Assembly (NCBI GenBank): GCA_002104905.1
Contig: MCFE01000311.1
Span: 1-64,000, forward strand
DNA: 64,000 bases
DNA from: Basidiobolus meristosporus CBS 931.73
Lineage: Eukaryota > Fungi > Basidiobolomycota
Direction: 5' to 3'
Positions 25,804 through 38,890 of the stretch are shown here, piece after piece. A program made the translations under genes and the position numbers. Under the pieces are notes generated by a model, which did no database searches, was not told the DNA's origin, and worked only from the letters and a program-made list of their open reading frames with translations. Position 1 is the stretch's first letter; each line of letters starts with the position of its first letter.

Positions 25804-27335
25804 ATGTCTTCCTACCGTTCTAGTTATACTGTGCGCTCGAGAGCTTCCAGAGTTGCTGAAGGCGTCCTCTCTTCATCTCATAGAAGCAGCACTCTTCATC
25901 TTCTAGCCAATGCATTCCCTGAGTAAGTCACTAACACAACATCGTCCTGGGATTCTACGAGCTAACCATTCCTCATTGTAGTGCCGAAGATATTGTTGGC
26001 GAGGACTATTTGCGGCCTTCAGAATGCAGCATGTGCCTTCCGACCTCCTCTCAAGAAGGCTTCCTGGTTCCCGAGGTAATCAATCCTGATGAAAAAACCA
26101 CTCTGCTGCAGGATCCACACGGCATGGACATGTTGGATGAGCCCACGAGCACCTTCTCGCAATCTGTATTCAACGCTGTGAATGTGTTGATGGGTCTCGC
26201 GATCTTATCGTTACCATACGCTTTCAAGATTACCGGTTGGGTACTTGGCTTGTTCATGCTACTGGTCTTCTGCCTGTTGACCCGCTACACCGCCATTTTG
26301 CTTCGCAGATGTCTGGACCTAGATCCCACGATGCTCTCGCTTTCCGATGTAGGATATGCCGCATTTGGTAACAAGGGAAGAATTGGGATGGCTGTCCTAT
26401 TGGTAGCAGAGCTTTTGGCTACCAGTGTGGCACTGTTAATGGTTCTCGCCGACTCAATCCATGCATTGTATCCCAACTTGGACCTGAATTTACTGAAGGT
26501 AATCGGTATTCTAGTCTTGATTCCTTCCACCTGGGTTCCACTCGGTATCTTGGCATACACCTCCATCATCGGCATCATCTCCACCATTGCCCTGGTCATC
26601 GTGGTTATCATCAACGGCCTCTCCACCACGGTGTCACCAGGGTCATTGCTCAACCCCGCCCCCACCAACCTCTGGCCCACCATGCCAATGTCGATTCCCA
26701 TCAGCTTCGGGCTTTTGATGGCTGGATTTGCGGGACATGCGGTGTTTGCCAGCATCTACCGTGACATGAAGTGCCCCGAGCGTTTCCCTGCCGTGCTCAA
26801 ATACTCGTATATAATCACATCCATCGTGTATGTCGTGATGGCTGGTGGAGGATATTTGATTTTCGGCAGCTCCATCCAGCACGAAATCATTGTGAATCTG
26901 GTGAACAATCCCAACTACAACCAGTTCCTGACCCGTCTCGTGGTCTGGACCGTCGTGCTCAACCCCATTAGCAAGTTCGGACTCACCCTCAACCCAGCCA
27001 ACCTGATCCTGGAGGTGTTCTTCAGCAACGCGCCGTTCAACCTCAACATCAGGGCATCGAAGGTCCGTCGGATCGTGTTCCGCACCATGCTGTGCCTGTT
27101 TGTGTGTCTGGTGGCGATCTTGATTCCCGGATTCCACCGGGTCATGGCGTTGCTGGGGTCGTTCTCGTGCTTTACCATTTCGGCCATCTTCCCGATCATA
27201 TGCCATCTCAAGCTATTCGGCAACCGCTTGTCACCAGCTCAAAAGACCTTAGACTGGTTCCTTGTTATCCTGTGCAGTGTTCTTGCTCTCACTGGAACTG
27301 TGTGGTCATTCCTTCCCGAGGAACTCCTCCAGTGA
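25804..27335 (+). CDS. AVT1-like vacuolar amino-acid transporter (Aa_trans), copy 1, 2 exons
   Basis: Exon 1 MSSYRSS...ANAFP, one intron, then STFSQSVFNAVNVLMGLAILSLPYAF..GW, AGHAVF.SIY.DM..P..F and multiple TM helices. Confidence 0.9.
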
Positions 27336-27340
27336 GCTGT

Positions 27341-27373
27341 ATCATCATCACCATCACCATCACCATCACCATA
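27341..27373. repeat. (CAT)/(CATCAC) microsatellite in 3' UTR
   Basis: ATCATCATCACCATCACCATCACCATCACCATA immediately after the transporter stop codon. Confidence 0.9.
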
Positions 27374-28030
27374 ACCCTGGTGCCCACACTATTTTCACAC
27401 ATCACACTTGTTCCATAAGTTTTCTTTGTGGTGTCGCTTGTACGTTTTCAATTCTCCCATTTATATAAACTGCCTAATATTCTTCAGTAAAGTATCTTAG
27501 CCCGATACTCGATTATCGTCGGCGATCGAGCCAATGGCCAACTAGGGCATAACCCATTTAGTTCAAGCCGGGTTCATGGAGCTCATTGATGTGAAACCCT
27601 ATCATGTATCTAGAAGGATTCACCTCCTGGCAAGACAGCCATTAGGCTGGATTGGTGCATGCGAGGGGATCGGTATCGGCATAATTGCAAGTGTCAACCA
27701 CCCAACGGGCTACACATATCCTACGAACACTCCACCGATTCATGTATGAGCATGTTGCTCCCATGGACATGTGATGTCGGAAATAAGGTTATAATTCGCT
27801 CCCTTTCCACCCACTTTCCACTATCCGCATACTATTTCTTCCCTGCCCAACATCAGGATAATTTTAATTCCAGCTCATTATTGAATTTCGATTTGGGTGA
27901 AGCGCACTTTACGAATGGACATATAGCCCTTATATAAGAGGCGAAGCCGTCATACTGATTATCTGCTTCTCGCGTCATTCATTTCGATAAGCAGATAACG
28001 TCTTTCAATTTCCTAAACACCACAGCAATC

Positions 28031-29577
28031 ATGTCTTCCTACAAATCGACCTACACCATTAGGTCGACTCGCTCAAGGGCCTCTAGGGTATTTGACGGTG
28101 CTCTATCCACCTCCCATAAGAGCTCTACTCTGCAGCTTCTCGCTACCGCCTTTCCTGAGTAAGTTCTTTCAAAAGACAGTGCTGGACAATTGGTCGTTTC
28201 TTGAAGACTAATCTACTTTTCAGCCCTGAGGATATTGTAGGTGAGCAGTATCTGAGGCCCTCTGAATGTACTATGGGCCCTCCAACCACCTCAAGAGAGG
28301 CTCCTGAACCATCACAGGCGAAGAATCCGGAAACAAAGCCGTTGCTACCTATTCAGGACGAGGGTGAAGTATTTGACGAGCCTACAAGCACCTTTCCTCA
28401 GTCGGTTTTCAATGCCGTGAATGTCCTCATGGGCCTTGGTATCCTCTCCCTGCCATATGGATTTAAGATTACTGGCTGGGTGCTAGGCTTATTCATGTTG
28501 CTCGTGTTCTGCCTGTTGACCCGCTATACCGCCATTCTGCTACGCAAATGCTTAGACCTGGACCCTTCTATGATATCGCTTTCCGATGTGGGCTACGCGG
28601 CTTTTGGAAACAAAGGCAGAGTTATCATGGCGGTTTTGTTGGTGACTGAGCTGCTTGCGGCTAGCGTGGCTCTGCTGATGGTGTTTGCGGACTCGCTTCA
28701 AGCACTATACCCCGCTTTGGATCTGAATATGCTGAAGATAGTAGGGGTAATATTTCTGATTCCTTCCACCTGGGTTCCACTCGGTATCTTGGCATACACC
28801 TCCATCATCGGTATCATCTCCACCATTGCCCTGGTCATCGTGGTTATCATCAACGGCCTCTCTACCACGGTGTCACCAGGGTCATTGCTCAACCCCGCCC
28901 CCACCAACCTCTGGCCCACCATGCCAATGTCGATTCCCATCAGCTTCGGGCTTTTGATGGCTGGATTTGCGGGACATGCAGTGCTTGCCAGTATCTACCG
29001 TGACATGAAGTGCCCCGAGCGTTTTCCTGCTGTGCTCAGATACTCGTACACTATTACGACCGTCATTTACATTGTGATGGCTGGTGGAGGATATTTGATG
29101 TTCGGTAGCTCCGTTCATCATGAAATCATTGTGAATCTGGTAAACAATCCCAACTACAACCAGTTCCTGACCCGTCTTGTGGTCTGGACCGTCGTGCTCA
29201 ACCCCATCAGCAAGTTCGGACTCACCCTCAACCCAGCCAACCTGATCCTGGAGGTGTTCTTCAGCAACGCGCCGTTCAACCTCAACATCAGGGCATCGAA
29301 GGTCCGTCGGATCGTGTTCCGCACCATGCTGTGCCTGTTTGTGTGTCTGGTGGCGATCTTGATTCCCGGATTCCACCGGGTCATGGCGTTGCTGGGGTCG
29401 TTCTCGTGCTTTACCATTTCTGCCCTTCTACCCCTGGCTTGCCACCTCCAATTATTCAAAGAGCAGCTAGGAAGAAAGCAAAAATTCCTCGATTGGACCC
29501 TTATCATCATCAGCACGATCTTGGCAGTGGTAGGTACAGTTTGGACTTTCCTCCCCACCGAGTGGATTGAATCGTAG
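28031..29577 (+). CDS. AVT1-like vacuolar amino-acid transporter, copy 2, 2 exons
   Basis: Same intron position; central tracts are almost identical to copy 1 and the termini are diverged. Confidence 0.9.
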
Positions 29578-30063
29578 ATGAGCCCTCGCGCCAATCCATC
29601 TTCTCCGGCCCCACCACCTACATCCACACTGTACATATTTAAGAAGCACCTTTAGCAGAAGCTTCCCCTCGCTTTCTATTCTGTATCCTGTTCCAATTGG
29701 GCGCTCTTCGCGCATGTAACCCTAACTTACAATAAACCTGACTACCCTGCCTCATTGCTACCGCTGGCTGCTGTTTCCTATTATGCATAATTGGTGCACG
29801 TGAGCACCAGGCTTTCAAACAGATCCGGCAATCAGCGAAGGTGCAAGGTAGGGTGTATCGCTGATGGATGCAAGATGCTTGGGGGATTGGCTGATGGATG
29901 AACAGTGCGGTCTCGAAAGCCACAGCATTACGCAACAACACAGGCGCAAGCCGTACACCAAAAAAGGGAATTTATTTCAAAGAAACGGAAAGAGTAGTTC
30001 AGTTAAGAAATCCAAGTGTATGAGTGTCGGGTAAAGTGATCATTGTAAGGGAGATCCCGCAGT

Positions 30064-30618
30064 TTATTGGCGGCTAGCGACCAATCTCTTGCGAGCCAAT
30101 TGACGCTTGTTGAGCTTGGGTCCCTTGGAGCCATCGTCTTCGCGCTTGACGGTAGCATCCTCTTCGGACACGATGATCTCGATGTGGCAAGGAGAGCTCA
30201 TGTAGGGGTTGATTCTACCGTGAGCACGGTAGGTACGTCTACGTTGCTTGGGTGCTTGGTTGACTTGGATGTGCTTGACAATCAAGGACTCGACCTCCAA
30301 ACCCTTGTTCTCGGCATTGCTCTCAGCGTTCTTGAGAAGACCCAACAAGAACTCGGCGGACTTGACGGGCCAGCGACCCTTGGTGGTGTTGAAAGCCTTG
30401 GCTTGGGCGCAACGACCAATGCCACCGGCGAAACGGCGGAAAGGAATGCATTGCTTGTGGGCCTTGACATCCTCGAGGTAAGTGATGGCCTTTTGCAATT
30501 TCATGCCGGAAATGGCAGCAGCGGCCTCACGGGTGTTCTTGAAGTGAACACGGAGGTAGGAACCGCGGGTTTGAGCGGACTTGGCACTGTTAGCAGGAGT
30601 GGCAGAGTATCTGACCAT
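30064..30618 (-). CDS. RPL17: 60S ribosomal protein L17 (uL22)
   Basis: MVRYS...[16 protein letters not shown]...GRWPVKSA...[22 protein letters not shown]. Confidence 0.97.
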   Translation of the reverse strand: MVRYSATPANSAKSAQTRGSYLRVHFKNTREAAAAISGMKLQKAITYLEDVKAHKQCIPFRRFAGGIGRCAQAKAFNTTKGRWPVKSAEFLLGLLKNAESNAENKGLEVESLIVKHIQVNQAPKQRRRTYRAHGRINPYMSSPCHIEIIVSEEDATVKREDDGSKGPKLNKRQLARKRLVASRQ

Positions 30619-31151
30619 ATTTACTTACTGACCTAAGGATAGAAGAGGGGAATTTAGCAAAACTGGATGGATGGAAACGTAGGCGATGGGTGAGCTGCAT
30701 CGAGAAGTCATTCACTTCCACGCTCGTTATCTACTTTACCTACAAGGCGATGCTCGATTGGTATGGACAGTGGAAAGAGGGTGAATGGAAGTCCATCATA
30801 GAGACTATATCTGACACTAGCTCGAAATTTTCTGTATTTTCACTGGCCCAAAAGAATCAGGGGGCAGTGGAAAATTTTCATTTTCATCTCGGAGCACCAT
30901 TGCGAAACGGCCTATTCCGGTACAGTCGAGCCATGTTATGAAATCCAAGTGTGGTGAGGCTTGATTGGGTAGATTGGGTACTTGGTGATGATCATCATCG
31001 GAAGGGCTATATTACTGGACTTGCATTTCACAGTCCATCACAACTGCTGACTTCGAAGGGCCCACACTCGACGCCCGTGGATACTCTATTAGTCCTAGAG
31101 CTTACTGACAACTCTCTTACGCGAGCCAAACGTTCCGTCGATTTTTCAAAA

Positions 31152-34123
31152 ATGAAGATATCGTGCAAAAGCTGCACGCTACTTCTTTTGCTTACAGGTA
31201 GGGGGGATCTTGTCGTATCTTCGTAGCTTTGGTGTAGTTCGCTGATGTTACTTTTGGGCCACCAGTCGGTGCGATTTCGAGCCGTGCCGAGGTTGAGAAC
31301 AAAGAGACTCTCAGGGAGGTCTCCCTCCAGGATGCCAACCCAAACACCAACGCCTACGAGCAGGCTATAGCCTTATTGAGATCCATACCCAAAGACCGAG
31401 AGACGTTCAAAAGATCGAAGCCCATCACCAACGGATTATTCCAAAGTCAATTTCAAAAGCTCACCACTTTCCTATACAACCGTATATTCCCTCCCGAGAA
31501 CAACGATTCCCTCCACAAAGCACATCACTCGAAATTTCAACAAGCCACCGCAATGTTGGAGGCCGAGGCCAAGCTCGGTAATGCTGACGCCATCTTCACC
31601 TTGGCTGAGCTGAACTTTGTATGTAGCAACTCTATGTCATTTTATGGGTGGATTGTACCTTCTCTCTAATCAGTGTCTTCCCTTCCCATCTCACTCCAGT
31701 TTTCCTATTACGGCTATCCCCGAAACCTTACCCTCGCCTTCGATTATTATTCCAAACTGGCTTCCGAGAAGGGGAACGCTACAGCCCAGAGAATGGTGGG
31801 CTTCATGTTCGCCACTGGGATCGGCAACGTGGTCGAGAGAGATCAAGGCAAAGTAAGTACCGTATCTGATAGGTCCTTGTTGGGCAGCCTCCCCTTTAAC
31901 CATTGGTATCTCGCCAGGCCTTGCTTTATTCCACCTTCGCTGCGTCGGGCGGGGACTACGAAGCACAGATGATGGTGGGCTTCCGTTATCTCATGGGCAT
32001 CGGAACCTCCCGTAACTGTGAGAAAGCTGTGGAGCAATATAAAAAAGTGGCCGACAAAGGTCAGTATCGATGGGGTAGTGGTGGAATTGCCGGATGACTA
32101 AACATTCTGTTCAGCTATGGAGCACTATCATTCTGGTCCTTCCAACAGGCGGGTCCCACCTTCTCCCAAGATGCGCCTACCCGACGAGCATGGGGGTATT
32201 TATGGCTATGCACACAACGGAGGAAGTGTGCATCGGGATCCCTCGGACGTGGAGGATATCCTACAATACACTCGGGAGCTTGCCGAGAGTGGTGACATTC
32301 AGGCGCAAATCAATCTGGCTCACATCTATTACCGCGGCGGGCATCACATCGAGCGGAACTACCAGGAGGCGTTTAAGTACTATTCCAGCGTGGCCGAACA
32401 AAAGTTTTATAAAAACCAGGTCAGGGATGTGTCGGATGCTGAAGCCAACAGGCTCATTGCTCAAGCCTGCGGGATGATGGGGGAGATGTATCGCCGTGGA
32501 GAGGGTGTCGTGCAAGATGACAAGGCTGCTTACAAATGGTACCAACGAGGCGTGCGACTGGTGAGTCAATTTATCGGTTGCGTAATGCTCTGAATACTAA
32601 GCATCTCTTAGGAGAGTCCTATCGCCAACAATGGCCTAGGCGACATGTATTTAAAGGGGATTGTGGTTGCCAAGGTAATCATCCATTCAAGCATGGCCCT
32701 TCTGATGCTCATTCTAACAAACCGCGTCCATCCCCAAGAATGTCGAAGAAGCCAGGAGATATTTCGAAGTAGCCTCGTCAATGGACTATCCTGAGGCCCA
32801 TGTCAACCTCGGCCTGTTGCATCTGAGTAAGTGAAGCCCCTGGGAAGCGTGAATTATCGTGAAGATCAGCTTATCCAACTGCAATGTGTAGAAGCGCCAG
32901 TGCCAGATTACGAGAAAGCCTACGCACTATTTTTCAAAGCCTACGAAGGACACCACATACCCGCTTACTACCATCTGGCTGAACTTATCCACAAGGGGCA
33001 TGTGGAGCAACCTTGTTCAACTGTAGTGACCGTAAGTGCATCCTCAGATGATCCACCTTCGAGTACCGCTCTAAGCGGACATTAGCTTTACAAAAACTTC
33101 GTAGAACGAATGGACTGGTTGCATTCACCATTTCCAGACGCCCATCGCGCCTACAAGAAAGGGGATATCGAGACGGCATTCTTGCGGTATCTGATTGGCG
33201 CTGAGATGGGCTACGAGATCGGACAAACAAACGTCGCCTGGTTACTGGATCATGGTGAGTCCCGACGTTCCATCCTAATCCTGATCCCGCTAACCCTTTC
33301 GTCAACCACCAACACCAATCCCTCAAGACCGATTTGAGATTATGGAGCAGTCCCCAGACTTGATACCCAAGGATCTACCGCTGATCTATTGGGCCCGCTC
33401 GGCCAACCAAGGTCAGAGCAACAGCAAAGTAAAAATGGGGGACTACTACTACTACGGGATCGGAACGGAAGTGGACTTGAAGAAGGCCGCCCTCTGTTAC
33501 GAGAAGGCCGCCAAGCATGATTTGAACGAACTTGGCATGTGGAACCTGGGTTGGATGTACGAGAACGGCCTCGGCGTTCCCAAAGTAGTCTCCATCCATA
33601 ACCACGCTCACCCCCCTCGCACTAGGTTAACGCCAAACTCTCTCTGTAGGATTTCCACCTAGCCAAGCGGATGTACGATAGCTCTCTGATCGAGAATGCC
33701 GAAGCCTACCTTCCGGTCACCCTTTCCCTGATCAAGCTGAGCGCCAAGTATACGTGGAGCTATCTTCTTGGCGAGGATGTCGGGGATGGGTTCTTCTTCA
33801 CCTCGCCTCCTCGCCTGGAGGAGGATACCCAGCGCGCACCACTGAACCCCTTGGATGAGCCCGAAAAGGAGCTCGATCGGATTGCAGAGGGCGAGGATTA
33901 CCACCAAAGGGCCCGCAAGAAACGAGAGGATGATGAGGATTACGCTGAGCAGCAGGAATCCAGTGAGGAGGAGGGGGATTTCATCGAGGATCTGGTCATC
34001 CTAGCCCTGTGTTTACTCGTAGGTTGGATGGTCTACGTGCGGCAGTTCCGCGCAGCAGGCCCGAATCCTCAGCCGTTGCCTCCGCAGATGGACCCACGCT
34101 GGAGATGGGGACCTTTGGCATAA
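31152..34123 (+). CDS. HRD3: Hrd3/SEL1L ERAD component (Sel1-like repeats, signal peptide, C-terminal TM), multi-exon
   Basis: Signal peptide MKISCKSCTLLLLLT and Sel1 repeats (AQRMVGFMFATGIG, AQMMVGFRYLMGIG, AEMGYEIGQTNVAWLLD, VKMGDYYYYGIG, GMWNLGWMYENGLGVPK), with TM LVILALCLLVGWMVYVR. Exon boundaries are only partly resolved. Confidence 0.9.
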
Positions 34124-35053
34124 ACCAAGTCCCATTCCAATCATTTTTGTGTAATCATCACTGCCACTCCTTCAATAAAGCCCTTAGAAACCCTCCCTTC
34201 CCTCCAATCCCGCCGGATCTTTAATTGGCCGAAACACACCCATGGTGGATCTTTCGATGAGCACCAATCCTGCGACAGGTCCGTTTGACATTTATTTAGT
34301 CACCAGCAGTACATGTTGCGTCTCGCCAAATCAACAGCCAACCACCCTCTAGGTCACGTGCACCAGACGAGCGTACACACTGAACTTGTGACTGGGTTGA
34401 TGCGGTTGACTGCACGCGTAAGGTACCGACTGCGTCGAAAGCAATCTCCGAGATTCGCTACAGATTGTTTGAACCGCGTATTGTCGGGATACTTGGTGGA
34501 TGGGTCGACTGTTACTGAGCAAAGAATAGTAGAGTATGATGCCATTATCAGCCAAGGAAAGGAGGGCCGTAGAGAATGATGCCATTATGCCAGTGGTATC
34601 TTCCACCCAAATAATCTCGGGTCAACACGTAACCCGCTTTTTAATCGTGATCACAATCATAACCACAATCCATGGGATTACCAAATCGGAGAGGCCGATT
34701 GCGGCATTCGAATTGTCGCCATTTTGGTTGGCCAACCTTCTATTGAGGTCAGATGGGCAAAGTTTCAGGAGAGATGGGTGAGCAGTCAGGGTGGGTTTAG
34801 GTTTGGATCTCGTAATCGGGTGGGATCTATATAAGCCTGGACGACGGCCATTTGTGATGTTACTGACCGATTCCTTTCCATTTACTCCCTGCTTGAATAG
34901 AAGTCCCCAGCATGTCTTCCTAGACGCTCCACCCAAACCTGTCCTAATTTCACTTACGAAACCAAGAAGTTATCTGTAAGATATAGCTTCCCAACCTGTA
35001 CTCTTTTCCATCTCTCGTTATTCGCAAACCATGAAGCTTTCTTCTTTCGCACT

Positions 35054-35839
35054 ATGCTCTCGGTCACCTCTATCTCTACACAACAATCACCACACCTACA
35101 CAAACAGCAACCTCGTGCCGCTGGTCCTTCCGCTTTCTCCCCGAACGCTCTCCTTGACCACGTGAGTTTCTCCGCCGTCATGCCGAACTACGATTCGCAT
35201 TATCGGTTGATGGCTGACCCATTTCGTCGGGTGGGCCTCAACTGTTCCTACGAAGACTGGTACTATCAGTTACACGATATTTCCCAGAAGAAACTGCTCT
35301 CCTTGAGTGAATCGCATAGAGATCAAGGGGTCCGTAAAGCAGTGCTAATCAATAATCTATTTCGCACCCTACCCACCTCCCTGGAGGATCTCGACCTGCA
35401 CGAGACCACAGACCTCTCGTACGAACCGGTTCCTAATATTGAGCTGGAAGAGCAGTCCTGGTTTGACTCGTGCCTAGATGATTTATCGGATGACGATGAG
35501 GATGATGAGGTGGTGGAGGCTGACGATGACCTGGACCAACCCGTAGAAATGGAGTGGTCCATGTCTTCCGGCAGTACGTTGGATGATTCCTTTATGGAAT
35601 GTGAGGAGAATTTAATCCCGATCCCAGCTCATTTCCCGGAGATTAGCGGAGCTGAATCGCACCCGGAGTACCTCTTACTGGGCTCACCACCACCGCCGTC
35701 TACAAACCCCAGCAAAGGTGAGGGACGTCTTCGGAGCTTCCTCTTTCAGGACAAATCCATTCCCTCCGCACATCCCTGGTCGGAACATCCACCAAACCAT
35801 CTCCTAGAATATTACAATCACCCGGTCGTTTTTTTATAG
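35054..35839 (+). CDS. SERTA-like motif protein with acidic disordered C-terminus, 261 aa
   Basis: ISQKKLLSLSESHRDQGVRKAVLINNLFR resembles the SERTA core (SL.KL....LRRSVLI.N.LR), followed by an acidic, transactivation-like tract. Confidence 0.6.
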   Translation: MLSVTSISTQQSPHLHKQQPRAAGPSAFSPNALLDHVSFSAVMPNYDSHYRLMADPFRRVGLNCSYEDWYYQLHDISQKKLLSLSESHRDQGVRKAVLINNLFRTLPTSLEDLDLHETTDLSYEPVPNIELEEQSWFDSCLDDLSDDDEDDEVVEADDDLDQPVEMEWSMSSGSTLDDSFMECEENLIPIPAHFPEISGAESHPEYLLLGSPPPPSTNPSKGEGRLRSFLFQDKSIPSAHPWSEHPPNHLLEYYNHPVVFL

Positions 35840-36146
35840 GGCTCTCCGGCTTCTTTATCGATCTTACTTACGGTTTCTTTCTTGTACTTCCCCTCACCCG
35901 AACTTCTTCCTGGACACTTTTCGAATGATATTAGTATGTGCCTTGTGGCACGAAATCCTTTCCCACCTCGCTCATCTACTCTCTCCTCCCTACCGTACTT
36001 GATGAAGCGTGCCCGCAAATATATATATATAAAGGACTTCTCTTTCCATTAGACTAATCCACCCAATCCAGCACATGTTGGTCGACTCAATTTCAGTATT
36101 CAACATCGGAATGTGGCGATTTCATCGCAACCTCATCGACATCCCT

Positions 36147-36798
36147 ATCTCCATCTCCATCTCCATCTCGATCCCTATCTATAGCACGTTCCAGTGAGTC
36201 AACCACTCACCCTTACCAGATCCATCATTGGGAAGTTCGGTTGTGACAACAATCAATCAACCTGTAGATCCGTCAAACAGTCCAGTTTCATCCACCGACC
36301 ATCAACAGATCCCACCGATACGCCTCAACCCTAAACCGACCTACGTCATCCGCCTATCCGCCCATCCGCCAACCACTACATCCGCCCATCATGCTTGGAT
36401 GGATCAACATCGCCCGGCTTGGGCTTCACCGTCAGCCCATATGCCCAGCATCGATGGACGTGTCCGGCTGGGCTTATGCAGGCCTCCAGTGCTTCATCAT
36501 CGCTGTCATCATCATCATCACCATCACCGCGACTGCACCCTGTGTGCGTCCTAAGCCAGAGGGCGTGCTTGGGGCTGGCTATATGTGCTGGACCCTTGAT
36601 CAACTTCATGGTTTGGAGATTGGATCCGTCCATTGGATCCTCACTTGTGGAGGCGGGGGATTTGGGTGTTGTTCATCAATGTTGACACTGGGTGCCTGGT
36701 GGATGGGATCAATTCGGGGATCGAGGGTTGTGTGCATGACGTGTGTGTACGTATTAGACACATGGCAGCGTGCGAGTGCGAGTGTGAGTGTGAGTGTG
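36147..36798. repeat. Cluster of microsatellites: (ATCTCC)n at 36147-36169, (CAT)n at about 36506-36525, (GAGTGT)n at 36769-36798
   Basis: Directly visible short tandem repeats. Confidence 0.85.
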
Positions 36799-38199
36799 AA
36801 TTCGTGTGTATGTGTACGGGTGGGACTTGCTTTCGTATAATCTCTCATCGTTCCCCTGGGTTGACCAACGGAGGCTTTCTGGCTAAACGCCAGGTGGCTG
36901 GCACATCGGTATGTCGATTTGTAAGGAAAAGAATCCACCGTCTCCCCACAATTCCCAGCGGGCATCTGGTCACTCGGATCCCGAAATCTGGCTGTAGTTA
37001 TCCCCTCGCCAACCACTCACCTAACCGCCTATTCCAGTCACCTGCTCCAGTCATGCCTCTATCACTGAGGAGTAGGAGGAGTGGACCGGCCTCGTGTTAC
37101 GTGGACGGTGATGTGCTACAGTGCACTAAGTAGCCAGCCAATTATCACGAAGTGACTGGGGATACATGACTCCAACGTATGACAATACCAGCCCAACTTC
37201 GCATCCACCTTCACAAGAGCATCCGTAGTACGTCGGCATGGCTCCAGCCCCAGCTCTGTGATCGTTGAAAATGCTCCGTTACTCCACCTTTACCTAATGG
37301 TGCAGCATGGGAAGGATGGATTGGCTCTCAACCATGTCCGGACTGACGAATATCCCTAGGTTCAGGTCAAGACCCCTCAAACCGCTGAATCCCGACGCCA
37401 CCCGAACATTCGTACCGCATGATCTCACACCTGGTCGTATCGTCAGTAGTGCGTCTGGTCTTAGGTGTGATCCCCAAGACTGGTTTGGATCATGGCGAGC
37501 TCTGTCATGGCCCGTCGCTAGATCGCTGTGGGCGAGGTTCTTCCAAGCCCTCGAATCCTCGGATCTCTGTCCAGTCAAGGAACCGGGGAAACCCAGCTCT
37601 TCGCTTTGCACCGAACCCCTTCCAACCACTGGCCCCAGCATGGCTCGGGTAGCAAGGTCCCAGGTTTGATGGTCCACGGTATCTCTGGTATGCCCACTCC
37701 CAAACATTTCGCATCCGTGAAATGGGACTGCAAGGACCAGCGAATTCCAAGCATCTACTCAGTAGAATCAAATATTCCAAGCTTCTTCCTGCGGTTACTC
37801 TGGCCTTTCACCCATGGTATTGGGGAATGCTTCAGCCTCCCTTTTCTTTTTGTCACAAAGGGGGATTGAATCCAGGTGAATCCTGATGGAGAAGATCTCC
37901 TGCTTACGGAAGGCTACTAGGTGGCACCATGGGTCCATTGGTTGGCAAAATTATGCATCAAGCTGGTGAAAAGTATGATGGAAATGTATACCAGGGGTGC
38001 TTCTCTGCTGGTCTCATGAAGCTATGTGAGATGCTGCCAACATCTGGACAAGTTTGAATATCTGGTCAGAAATTCCTGGACATCAGTTAGTAGTCAGTCA
38101 TTTCAATCTAAACCAAGCTCTTCATAATCCCTGGTCACATAATTGATAGTTGTGAGGGATTCAGAGTGATTGGGAGAGATAGGGGGAACTAGTAGATTA

Positions 38200-38890
38200 T
38201 GTGGTAAAAGTTTTGGAGATATTGGAAGTGATTGGGAGAACAAGTATATTATGTGGTTTTCACTTAATGATTCATTTTATGTAGGAGTGGTTCTTATACT
38301 TTCACATGGTTTTAGCAAAACAAACACATAGAATATGCTTAGGGAGGTCCCAAGAATGTGTGTGCTGTTGTAAGAGTCTTGGAGATATCAGATGTGATTG
38401 GGAGGACAAGTAGATTATGTGGTTTGCACTTTATGATTTTTTGAATGTAAATGTAGTATTTGTACTTTTACATAGTCTTGGCATAATAAATATGTAGAAT
38501 TTGTTTAGGAAGTCTCCAAGTGGATGTGTGCAAAGCTTGGGGCTGTTTGGACAACTTTGAGAATTTTCAAGTTCTGGGTACCTGATATTTGGTGAAAATA
38601 TTTCAAGTCCTGACAAGGAGTTTGGTAATTATTCTCCAAGATTTGTAGGTAATTATCCAAGTAAATAAGTTAGGTGAATATCTAGGTGGAATTCTGACTT
38701 TTTACAACATGTGCAAGGTTTGAGGCAGTTTGAACAACTTTGAAAAACTTCATGTAAAGGATACCAATGATCTGATGTCAATGCAGTATGTCCCATCAAG
38801 AAATCTGGTGAGAATTCTAAGAAATTAGTAGACTATGGTCCAAGTGACCAAGTTAGGGGAAAACTCCAGCACAACTACAAGATTTATAAC
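38200..38890 (-). mobile_element. Older solo LTR (LTR family 1) interrupted by a younger solo LTR
   Basis: The halves on either side of 38366-38709 are collinear with the Copia LTR sequence; the ends are approximate. Confidence 0.65.
38366..38709 (-). mobile_element. Solo LTR (family 1), 344 bp, 5-bp TSD TGTGC
   Basis: TGTTGTAA...TTACAACA termini; TGTGC at 38361-65 and 38710-14; homologous to the Copia LTRs. Confidence 0.88.

Noticed and set aside
27262-27468. Poly-His protein, also the poly-His ORF at 36228-36554
   Set aside because: The His runs are translations of CAT/CAC microsatellites, and at 27341 the run is out of frame with the transporter.
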